This document shows, one piece after another, positions 7,738-16,900 of a DNA stretch of 37,726 nucleotides. The position numbers and the translations under genes are program-made. The notes under the pieces were generated by a model. That model ran no database searches and was not told the origin of the DNA. It saw only the letters and a program-made list of their open reading frames with translations. Position 1 is the first letter of the stretch. The number at the start of each line of letters is the position of its first letter. The stretch comes from an uncultured Flavobacterium sp. (GTDB lineage Bacteria > Bacteroidota > Bacteroidia > Flavobacteriales > Flavobacteriaceae): the NCBI GenBank assembly GCA_945957245.1, contig CAMFLD010000001.1, positions 1 to 37,726 on the forward strand. Direction: 5' to 3'.

Positions 7738-8976
7738 TTATTTGATGTTGGCTGTGGCAACACTGTCCAGTTCTTTTTTTAACGGAGCCATATAAGCCAT
7801 ATATTTTTGTCTGTATCTGCCTTCCATAGGGGTTGATGTTGGCAGTTTCAGTTTTAAGGCGTCAACCTGAACTCCATTTTTCCAAAAGCGGTAGCAAACA
7901 TGTGGGCCTGTGGCTAATCCGGTGCTTCCTACTTTACCGATTACTTGTCCTTGTGTTACTCTTTGTCCCCGTTTTACTAATATTTTAGACATATGCAGGT
8001 ATTGAGTAGAATAGGTTTTGTCGTGTTTCACCTTAACAAAATTCCCATTCCCGGCTGTATATCCTGCCTGTTCTACAACTCCTGATGCTGTAGTCATGAT
8101 AGGTGTTCCGGTTGGTGCGGCATAATCTGTTCCTTTGTGGGCCTTCCAGATTAGCTGTACAGGATGAAATCTGTTGCTGGAATAGTGTGATGTAATATTG
8201 ATGAATTTCAATGGTGCTTTTAAGAAAAAGCTTTTAAGGGTTTTACCTTCTTCATCATAATATTGTTGTTTTCCCGAGCTTCCATCAGGTGTGTATGGGA
8301 AAGCGTAAACTTTTTTCCCTTTGTATTCAAAGAAGCAGGCTTTTAAGCTATCTACTCCATCATAAATGGTATCGTTGATATATCTTTCGGTAAATTTCAG
8401 TCCAAATTTATCGCCTTTCTGAAGTTTAAAGAAGTCAATTGACCATGCATAAATCTTAGCTATTTTTGGTGCCAATGCCGGGTCAACTTTGAGATTTTGC
8501 AGTGTTTCTGATAAAGAACCGTTCAATGCTCCGGCAATAGTTCGGGTTTTGAAGGTTAGCGGTCTTATTTTTTTGTGTGCCGTTATGGAATCCCTAAAGT
8601 CAATTACATAATAGTTCAGACGGTCAGGCTGGTAAATGAATAGTTCTATTTTGTTGGTTTTGCCCTTGCTTCTAAGGATAGTAAACGGCTTTCCTTTTCT
8701 GATGCTTCTCACATCGAAGGAATCCTTTACTTTCTCTACTATTTCATGGACTTGAGCACCGTTTAGGTTTTGGTGACCCAAAATGCTTCCAAAAGTATCG
8801 CCAGACTGGATGGTATCGTGAACCACATTAAAATCATGCAGGTTGAACCCAAACTCTACTGTTTTAGGTTTGGCTTTGGCAACTATAATTTCTTCTTCCT
8901 GAGTTTTATTACAAGAACTAAAAACCGAAATAAGAAGCGTAATCAGGATAGCTTTTTGGAAGATTTTTGACATCAT
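7738..8976 (-). CDS. M23 family peptidoglycan DD-metalloendopeptidase-like lipoprotein (MepM/Csd3-like architecture)
   Basis: Lipobox VFSSC; HKGTDYAAPTGTPI (HxxxD), YLHMS, VGSTGLATGPHVC (HxH replaced by HxC). Confidence 0.92.
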   Translation of the reverse strand: MMSKIFQKAILITLLISVFSSCNKTQEEEIIVAKAKPKTVEFGFNLHDFNVVHDTIQSGDTFGSILGHQNLNGAQVHEIVEKVKDSFDVRSIRKGKPFTILRSKGKTNKIELFIYQPDRLNYYVIDFRDSITAHKKIRPLTFKTRTIAGALNGSLSETLQNLKVDPALAPKIAKIYAWSIDFFKLQKGDKFGLKFTERYINDTIYDGVDSLKACFFEYKGKKVYAFPYTPDGSSGKQQYYDEEGKTLKSFFLKAPLKFINITSHYSSNRFHPVQLIWKAHKGTDYAAPTGTPIMTTASGVVEQAGYTAGNGNFVKVKHDKTYSTQYLHMSKILVKRGQRVTQGQVIGKVGSTGLATGPHVCYRFWKNGVQVDALKLKLPTSTPMEGRYRQKYMAYMAPLKKELDSVATANIK

Positions 8977-8977
8977 T

Positions 8978-9910
8978 TTAGTATCCTTCTCCCCAGTTTT
9001 TTAATTCTTCTTCGCTCCATAATTCCGGAAAAAATATACGGCGTTGGTATTTTGGATGCATGTATTTTTTCCAATCACTTCCGCCTGTTGCTTCTCCCGA
9101 GCCTTTGCCGCTTTCAATGTATTTCCTGGCTGCATTTAAATGGCCCATGACCCAAGTAATATTTACGGTATGGTCGTAGTGACGCATGGCTTTTACTAAT
9201 TCAGGATTTTTCTGGTCTGCTTCAGGCAATTGTTTGAATTTCTGCCAAATATTAATCGTGTTGTATTCCTCCATGTAACGCAGGAACTCTTCTCTGTATT
9301 TTCTTTCGAATTCAAGGATTAAATATGATTTCTCTCCGGTATGGTAATCTTTTCCTGCCGCCTGCCAGTATAAATGCTCAAAAGCATGCGAATAAGGCGT
9401 ATTACGGTCGATTGTTGCCCTGAATCGGTAATCTATCAGATTTATCAAATCAGTAGAAGAGAACTCAATTAAACGGTATTGTGCGCTTTGGAAACCACTT
9501 GCCGGAGTCAGTGTATTTCTGAATTTCATATACTGTTCCACTTCCATTCCGTCTCCCATGATATCGAATGAGGTAGTAAGCATGTCAAAATAGCGGCTAA
9601 TTCTTCTCAGTTTTTCAGTAAAAAAATCCGTCTTGGGTTTTTCCGTATGGCACAGCTGCTTTATTTCCCAAAGCGTCATCTTAAATAAAAGCTCATTTAC
9701 CTGATGGTACATGATAAAGACCATTTCATCCGGCAATACAGTTCTTTGAGTCTGCAGATTGAGCAGGGCATCGGTTTGAATGTAGTCCCAGTAGGTAATT
9801 GGTTTTGACCAAAGTAATCCTTCTAAGTGTGTTTCTGTTTTTTGATTTATTGCATCAAACTTTTCATCTAATGCCTCGAGTAGTATGTCTGTGTTAGTTT
9901 TAGTAGTCAT
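8978..9910 (-). CDS. kynA: Tryptophan 2,3-dioxygenase family protein
   Basis: YWDYI..DALL, DEMVFIMYHQVNELLFK, FRNTLTPASGFQSAQYRLIE, ATGGS, FFPELW motifs. Confidence 0.9.
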   Translation of the reverse strand: MTTKTNTDILLEALDEKFDAINQKTETHLEGLLWSKPITYWDYIQTDALLNLQTQRTVLPDEMVFIMYHQVNELLFKMTLWEIKQLCHTEKPKTDFFTEKLRRISRYFDMLTTSFDIMGDGMEVEQYMKFRNTLTPASGFQSAQYRLIEFSSTDLINLIDYRFRATIDRNTPYSHAFEHLYWQAAGKDYHTGEKSYLILEFERKYREEFLRYMEEYNTINIWQKFKQLPEADQKNPELVKAMRHYDHTVNITWVMGHLNAARKYIESGKGSGEATGGSDWKKYMHPKYQRRIFFPELWSEEELKNWGEGY

Positions 9911-10686
9911 TAATCATCTATTTTAACCATAAAAGGACTTTTCAATCCTTTGAAGCCTTCAAGGTCGGCTTTTAATGAGCCAACAGCAAGACTTGCTTTT
10001 ATTCTTAGTGGAATTTTGTTGTCGTCATCGGATATCCAAACCGTCAAACTTTCTTCTTCTTTGAAGACTCTTCCTGATTGTACAATAGGTCTGAAAATCA
10101 TTGCTGGAGCGATGCCAAATTTAGTTTTTAAATTTTCCCTTCCTATGAATTTTAACTTAAACTTATAAATTTCGTCATCAAAGAACATATCAACTACAAC
10201 CGATTCTCCAACTTTAAGTTTGTCAATGTTTGGATGGTTTCTTAGGTAATAAAACGTGGAAACAATATCCTGAACGTTTTCGGTTACAGAAAAAGATTTT
10301 TCTGTTTTGTTTTTATAATCCTTTACAAGGACTTTGTTATTGTCCTGATTGAAGAACCCTTCCTGATTTTTGGTATAGCCTCCTTCATCAATTTTCCTTA
10401 CGTATTGATATGGTTTGTTGGTGACTTTATCAAAATAACTTTCGTAGGTATCGTCAACTTTAAAGAAAAAGCGTGACATTCCGACAGTATAGCCTTTACC
10501 AATGGCGTGGTATACTTTTTTGTTATCGCGAACTGCTTCTTTAATTTCCAGCGTGGCATAGCCGGCATTTACAAATCCATAATGTATTCTGAATTTGAAC
10601 CATTCTCCCGAATCATAGGCATCTGGTTTGGGAGAATCAAAACTTACAGTTATAAAAACCAATAATAATAAAAAATATTTTTTCAT
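9910..10686 (-). CDS. DUF3108 domain secreted protein
   Basis: Signal peptide; GEWFKFRIHYG, FFKVDDTYESY, QDIVSTFYYLR, VWISDDDNKIPLRI pattern typical of Bacteroidota DUF3108. TAATG overlap with kynA. Confidence 0.85.
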   Translation of the reverse strand: MKKYFLLLLVFITVSFDSPKPDAYDSGEWFKFRIHYGFVNAGYATLEIKEAVRDNKKVYHAIGKGYTVGMSRFFFKVDDTYESYFDKVTNKPYQYVRKIDEGGYTKNQEGFFNQDNNKVLVKDYKNKTEKSFSVTENVQDIVSTFYYLRNHPNIDKLKVGESVVVDMFFDDEIYKFKLKFIGRENLKTKFGIAPAMIFRPIVQSGRVFKEEESLTVWISDDDNKIPLRIKASLAVGSLKADLEGFKGLKSPFMVKIDD

Positions 10687-10714
10687 GTTTTTGAGTTTGC
10701 TTTTATACTGTTAG

Positions 10715-10730
10715 TGCAATATCTGTTCCA
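10715..10730 (-). promoter_or_regulatory. Candidate sigma-54 promoter for the DUF3108-kynA-M23 operon
   Basis: Minus strand TGGAACAGATATTGCA, i.e. TGG-N10-GC, close to the TGGCAC-N5-TTGCA consensus. It lies 28 nt before the ATG and just downstream of a terminator. Confidence 0.65.
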
Positions 10731-10743
10731 AAAGTACCAAAAC

Positions 10744-10859
10744 AAAAAAACCCAGTCAAATTAATGACTGAGTTTTTATGCTATTAACTAACCAAAAAAC
10801 TATAAATTATGAAAATTTATCCAAAAAATATAGAGGAAACCACTCCTCGATTTTTTGAT
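10744..10859 (-). ncRNA. Putative ~115-nt small RNA
   Basis: -7 box TATCTTTG (10864-10871) with TTG 21 nt upstream; 5' hairpin GAGGAG-UGGU-UUCCUC; U-rich core; terminator CUCAGUCA/UGACUGGG + U7. Both stems use G-U pairs that form only on the minus strand. Confidence 0.7.
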
Positions 10860-11027
10860 GGTGCAAAGATAGGGCATGTAATTGCATAATTACAAGCGAT
10901 TTGTCAACTTTAACAGTTATTTAGTAAAAAACAGGTTGTTTAATGGTTGATTTTTGAATTATCTTTAAAAATATTGTGCTTTTTTTAATATTTAAGTGAA
11001 ATTACAGACTTATAACCCTTTAATAAC

Positions 11028-11057
11028 AAAAAAAGCCGAACAATTAGTTCGGCTTTT
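11028..11057 (-). terminator. Intrinsic terminator ending the T9SS cargo-porP-ompA operon
   Basis: AAAAGCCGAAC-AATTA-GTTCGGCTTTT inverted repeat with a U7 tail on the minus strand. Confidence 0.85.
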
Positions 11058-11076
11058 ATATTTTTAAGAATCAGAA

Positions 11077-12939
11077 TTACTGAACAATCAGGAATTCAGA
11101 ACGACGGTTAAGTGCATGTTGTTCTTCAGTACAATCTTTACCGCAATCAACTTTCGGTTCCAGTTCCCCCATACCTTTTCCTGATATTCTGCTGGCAGGG
11201 ATACCTTTTGAAATAACATATTGAACTGTTGCTTTTGCTCTTCTGTCAGATAATGCTAAGTTATATTTATCACTTCCTCTATTATCTGTATGAGATTTAG
11301 CAAGGATAACCATTTTTTCATTATTTTTCATCACCTGAACAAGTTTATCCAATTCAAATGCACCTTCCTGTGTGATATTGCTCTTATCGAACTCAAAGTA
11401 GATCGGTTTAAGAATAACTTCTGTAGGTGTTACGATGACATCGATTGGTTGCAATGCAGCATCAACTTTGGCTGTTGGGCCTTTGCTTTTGCCAACTGCA
11501 AATGTATTTCCTTCGAAACCATCTTTTGAAGCCTGAACTACATAAGGTTTGTCGCATTCAACTCTGTATTTAACTTCACCTTTTGCATTTGACATTTCTG
11601 TAGCGATAACATTTTTCTTGTCATCAAGAATTGAAACACTTGCATTAGATAAAATCTCGCCTGTTTTAGCATTGGTAACAACAATTAAAACATCAACTCC
11701 GCAGATTGGACTTACAGCAAAGATATCATCATTTCCATTTCTGTTACTTGATAAAAATCCTGCTCCTTTAGTACCGTTGAAAGTAAATGCGAAATCGTCT
11801 TTTTCAGTATTAACCGGCTTACCTAAGTTGGTTGCTTCTCCACCTGATAAATCAATTTGATAAACATCCAATCCTCCTAAACCTTGTTTCCCGCTTGATG
11901 CAAAAAATAGGGTTTTGTTATCATCAGAAATGAATGGGAAGCTTTCGTTTCCTTCTGTATTAACTTTATTACCTAAGTTCTGAGGCTCTCCGTAAGTTCC
12001 ATCATCGTTAATAGCAACTTTCCAGATATCGGTACCACCAATACTTCCGGGTCTGTTTGAAGAGAAGTATAATGTTTTTCCGTCACGGCTTAAGCTTGGG
12101 TTACTGTTGGAAAATGTTTTATCATTGAAAGGTACTTCAACAATATTACCCCATTTATCACCAGTTTTTGTAGCTTTGAATAAGTAAACCTGACTAACTT
12201 TAGCATTGGCTTTCTTATTCTTTTCAGATTCTTTTTCTTTGAAACTTTCGCTTGCAAAATAAGCTGTGTTACCATCCGCACTAATGGTTATAGGGCCATC
12301 ATGCCATTTTGAGTTTAAATCTCTTACCGGTACTGCATTTGTAACCTTTCCGTTATCATAATCTGCGCGATAGATATCCAAATAAGGCTCGTCTGTCCAA
12401 CCGTAAGTTTTGCGGGCACCATTCCTGGCGCTGGCAAAATATACTGCATTGTCATAAAGCACTGCTCCGAAATCTGATTTATCACTGCTTATGTCTGATG
12501 CATCAACATTATACAATTTGGTTTTATCCAAAAGTTTTGGAACATAATTAGGATTTTGCTTGAATGCAATAGCTCTTGAATCTGAAGGAACTGCGGCTGC
12601 AAATTTTTGCATTTGTCTGTTAGCTTCCTCATATTTTCCATTAGCTTTCAACATTTGAGCATAACGATAATAGGTTTCTGCATCCTGATTTGTTTCTGTT
12701 GCTTTCGCATACCATTTAGCGGCTTCTTCAGTATTGAATACGTTATAGTAACTATCAGCTAATTGTTTGTATACATAAGCATCTCCTTTACCGTTTTCAA
12801 CCAGTTTAAGATATTCCTTTGCGGCATCAACATATTCAAAACGGGCAAATAACTTATCCGCTGCTTTTGTGTCTTTGTTTTGAGCAGAAACTGTAAAGCT
12901 AATAGCTACAAAACTTAATACTATATATAGATTTTTCAT
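11077..12939 (-). CDS. PorE-like OmpA family protein (TPR + PD40 beta-propeller + carboxypeptidase-regulatory-like + OmpA_C)
   Basis: TPR-like N-terminus; PD40 repeats (DGKTLYFSSNRPGSIGGTDIW); IYFEFDKSNI, SHTDNRG..YNLALSDRRA, NRRSEF motifs. Confidence 0.92.
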   Translation of the reverse strand: MKNLYIVLSFVAISFTVSAQNKDTKAADKLFARFEYVDAAKEYLKLVENGKGDAYVYKQLADSYYNVFNTEEAAKWYAKATETNQDAETYYRYAQMLKANGKYEEANRQMQKFAAAVPSDSRAIAFKQNPNYVPKLLDKTKLYNVDASDISSDKSDFGAVLYDNAVYFASARNGARKTYGWTDEPYLDIYRADYDNGKVTNAVPVRDLNSKWHDGPITISADGNTAYFASESFKEKESEKNKKANAKVSQVYLFKATKTGDKWGNIVEVPFNDKTFSNSNPSLSRDGKTLYFSSNRPGSIGGTDIWKVAINDDGTYGEPQNLGNKVNTEGNESFPFISDDNKTLFFASSGKQGLGGLDVYQIDLSGGEATNLGKPVNTEKDDFAFTFNGTKGAGFLSSNRNGNDDIFAVSPICGVDVLIVVTNAKTGEILSNASVSILDDKKNVIATEMSNAKGEVKYRVECDKPYVVQASKDGFEGNTFAVGKSKGPTAKVDAALQPIDVIVTPTEVILKPIYFEFDKSNITQEGAFELDKLVQVMKNNEKMVILAKSHTDNRGSDKYNLALSDRRAKATVQYVISKGIPASRISGKGMGELEPKVDCGKDCTEEQHALNRRSEFLIVQ

Positions 12940-12958
12940 TTTTAGGATTGCTTTTAGG

Positions 12959-13879
12959 TTAGAAATATCTTGGTGAACGTGATACTTTTTTCGGGAAATT
13001 CAAATCAAATAACAGCATTACCTCATGAGAAGCCGGTGTATCGATTTTTAAATCCGAAACAATATGATCATAAGCATATCCAATTTTCAGACTTGGAGTG
13101 ATGGCAAAATTTACCATCGCTCCAAAGGAATCTTGTAATCTATAAGTTGCTCCAAGCTCTAACTTATCATACATTAAGAAGTTAGTAGAAACATCAACAG
13201 ATGTAGGCGCTTTAACCGCTGATTTAATCATCGCAAACGGTTTAAATTTAAGGTTAGGATTAATATCAAACACATAACCTCCGGTTAAGAAGTAGTGAAT
13301 AACATCTGTACCATACTGTCTACCATTGAAATCTAAATATTTAGATTTTAACATATTTGGGACAGAAAAAGCCAAATAGTATTTGTTTGTATAATAAAAT
13401 ACCCCTGAACCAATATTTAAGAAAGTACTGTTTGGATTAGCTGCATAAAACGGATCGCTGGTTGAAGGTTGAGGCAATGTAGGATAAATTGTTGCAAAAT
13501 CTATCTTATGCATCGTAGCCCCAGCCTTTAATCCAAAAGCCAGTTTATGTTCTCCTCCTAAATTCAAAGTATAAGAGAAATCTCCGTAAACATTGGTTTC
13601 GTCTACAGGACCAATCTTATCTGAAATTATAGAAAGACCTAATCCTACATTCCTTCCAACCGGACTGTGTAAAAAGAATGTACCGGTTGTAGGAGCACCT
13701 TCCAAACCTACCCATTGGGCACGGTAAAGCAAACCTCCGGACACTGTTTCCTTCGAACCTGCATAAGCTGGGTTCATTACACTCATATTGTACATGTATT
13801 GCGTGTAATGTGGATCTTGCTGAGCTCTTAACTCGTTAATCGCTAAAGCCAATATCGCAATGAAATATATTTTCTTCAT
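12959..13879 (-). CDS. Type IX secretion system membrane protein, PorP/SprF family
   Basis: AQQDPHYTQYMYN...NPAYAG, YRAQWVGLEGAP, IGYAYD, SHEVML, SPRYF C-terminus. Confidence 0.95.
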   Translation of the reverse strand: MKKIYFIAILALAINELRAQQDPHYTQYMYNMSVMNPAYAGSKETVSGGLLYRAQWVGLEGAPTTGTFFLHSPVGRNVGLGLSIISDKIGPVDETNVYGDFSYTLNLGGEHKLAFGLKAGATMHKIDFATIYPTLPQPSTSDPFYAANPNSTFLNIGSGVFYYTNKYYLAFSVPNMLKSKYLDFNGRQYGTDVIHYFLTGGYVFDINPNLKFKPFAMIKSAVKAPTSVDVSTNFLMYDKLELGATYRLQDSFGAMVNFAITPSLKIGYAYDHIVSDLKIDTPASHEVMLLFDLNFPKKVSRSPRYF

Positions 13880-13912
13880 CTTGTTTAGTTTTTTTTAATG
13901 CAAATTATAAGT

Positions 13913-16900
13913 TTATTGTGCTCTATTGATGTAAATCCATCCTGTAATCGAATCCCCAACGTTTCTATCAATTACATAGAAATAAGTTCCATCCGGAAGT
14001 TCATCTCCATTATCAGATTTTCCACCCCATTCTTTAACGTAATTAGCTTTAGAATAAACTTTCATACCGTATCTGTTAAAGATAGTAAGTTTTTTAACAT
14101 CAAAACCTGTCAAATCAAACACATCATTGAAACCATCATTATTTACCGAGATACCTTTCTGGATCTGACAAGCAATGGTAGTTACTTCAAATGGTGCTGA
14201 CTCAGTCGAACAACCATCAACAGTTACTGTAACGGTGTACGTTCCAACTGCCGGCACATTCAAACTTTGGGCAGTTCCCACTTCAACATGAGAGGCATTC
14301 TGCCATGAGAACGTTGCTGTTTCAGGGTTAAATGAACCGTTAACCGGAGCTGCATTTAAAACATAAACACTTTGACATCCACCATTAAGTTCTACTAGAA
14401 CTGGTGGAATTATTGTGATTTGAGCAGTTCCTGATGCTGCCACCTGACAAATTGAAGGATCTGCATTAACTGTATAAGTAATCGTGTAATTACCAGCCGG
14501 GCTTGATAAATCAATTGCACCTGTATTAGGGTTGATGATTAATGAACCGGTAGCACTGAATGTTCCACCTGTTGTAAATCCGGCACCCAAGTTTGGCAAC
14601 TCTATGGTAGAGCTGTTAGCCGAACAGAATGGAGTATCATAACTAAAGGTTGTAACCGGTGTAACTACAGGGTTTATTACAATACTAAACGTACCGCTAT
14701 TAGCTACCTGACAAGTTGCAGCATTGGCAGCAACAGAATAGGTAATGGTATACGGTCCAGCATTACTGTTAGCTAAATCGATAACACCTGTAGCTCCATT
14801 GATTACCAAACCTGGTGTTGAACTGAAGGTTCCACCTGAGGTAAATCCGGCAGACAATGTTGGCGTCAATGTAGCCTGAGCATTTTTACAAATTGGAGTA
14901 GTATAACTAAATCCAACTACTGGTGTAATAACCGGATTAATTGTTATTACAAAGTCTGTCGAACCTGCTACTCTACATGTTGTAGCGTCAGCCGTCGTAG
15001 TATACGTTATGGTGTAAACACCAGGTGTAGTTGAGGCCAGATTAATTTCACCTGTTACCGGATCTAAAGCAATTCCGGTAGAAGGATTCGATGTAAATGT
15101 TCCTCCTGTTGTGAATCCGGTAGCAAAAGTTGGCGTTGGATTAGAAGTTGCATTTTGGCAAACTGGTGTTGTATACGTAAATGACGTTACTGGAGTAATA
15201 ACCGGATTGATAACAATATCAAATGTATTGCTGGTTGCTGATAAACAGCTATTTCCTGCTAAAGCATAAGTTATTGTGTATGGTCCGGCTGTACTGGCTG
15301 CCAAATCAATGACTCCTGTCGTACCATCTATAACTAATCCTGCTGTTGAACTAAATACACCGCCGCCAGTAAATCCGGTTGCCAATGTTGGTGACAATGT
15401 GGCCTGAGCATTTTGACAAATAGGTGTTGTATAAGTAAACCCTACAACTGGTACTATAACATTGGTAATTACTACCGTAAAAGTTGTTGACCCAAAAGAC
15501 TGACAAGTAACCGGATCAAAAGGAACTGTATACGTTATATCATAAGTTCCTGAAGTCGTACCCGAAAGCGTAATCTCTCCAGTACTTGCATTAAGTGCAA
15601 TTCCAGTAGAAGGATTTGACGTCCATGTTCCTCCGGTTGTAAATCCTGTCGCAGAAGTATCTGGTAGTGGATTTACTCCTGAGTTTTGACAAACAGGAGT
15701 TGTATAAGTAAATGTTGTTTCCGTAGGAATAGCATTTACAGCATCAATAATTACCTGTACTCCATCAGACACACATCCTGTTGATAGGTCTTTAACAACT
15801 AAAGTATGTTGACCCGGAGCTACACCACTAAATGTAACACCTGATTGGTAAGGGCCATTATCAAGGCTATACTGGTAGTTAGATACGGTCATAGCATAAG
15901 TACCTACATTACTGTAATCTTCAGGGTCTGTTGTAGTCCAGTCAGAAGGATTCCATGTAGTGCTTGGAAGCGTTGCTGTATTTAATCTTCTGTATGTATA
16001 TCCTGTTTGACCAGCCGGAGTAAATGTTGAACCATCTGTTGGACCCCATTGATCTACAAGTACATCTGCAGAAGTAGTTAATCTAATGTTATCATTATTA
16101 TTCACACCTGCACATCCTGTAAAGGTCTGGTTAGGTGTAACTCCCGGTGCATTGGCGCTATTACTTACTTTAATAACATTAGTAGCGTTGTTTAATATCG
16201 TTCCTGATAAAACTAAATCACATTGTAAGTTTTCTGTTGTAGGTGGTGAACCCCAAGTATAGAATTTCAATTTGTAATTAGCTAAATTAACAGGAACTCC
16301 TGTTGCATTGTAAAGCTCAACATAAGTTAATGATCCGGTATCAGCATCAGTAACCTCAGAAATAAACAGGTTACTTGGCACAGGTAATCCTGTAGAAACT
16401 GGTGAAGTTACAGTTACCGAACCAGTAGGAGTAGTACAAGACGACTGTGTTACAGTAAACGTCGGATCTTCAACAGTATTAATAACAACATTAAACTGTC
16501 TTTCACTAACACATCCATTGGTTCCCTGAGCATAAATATAAATTGGATTAACTCCCGGGTTAGTAATGGTGTAATTAGAACTGTCAATTAGTGTACCTGA
16601 TCCTCCAGGTCCGCCAGTGGCAGTATAATAATTTCCAACAGTTAAAGCAGGCAATGTAAATGTATCACAAGCAGCTACTGAAGCTTGAGTAAGCACTGGT
16701 GAAGCAAGAATCTCAACTTGAGTAGTCGTTGTAAATGCTGCACAACCACCAGTTGCGGCAATTGTATAAGTTACTGTATAAACTCCAGGTGTACTTGCTA
16801 CCGGAATAATATCTCCTGAAGTACCATTAATTACTAAACCTGCAGGTGAAGCAGAGAATGTTCCTCCATTAGTTCCTGTACGTATTATAGCTTGAGGAAC

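Noticed and set aside
10809-10889. Plus-strand 26-codon ORF MKIYPKNIEETTPRFFDGAKIGHVIA with a good-looking A-rich leader
   Set aside because: The promoter, G-U-dependent hairpins and terminator all point to the minus strand, and the ORF runs through that promoter. It is not fully excluded without ribosome profiling.
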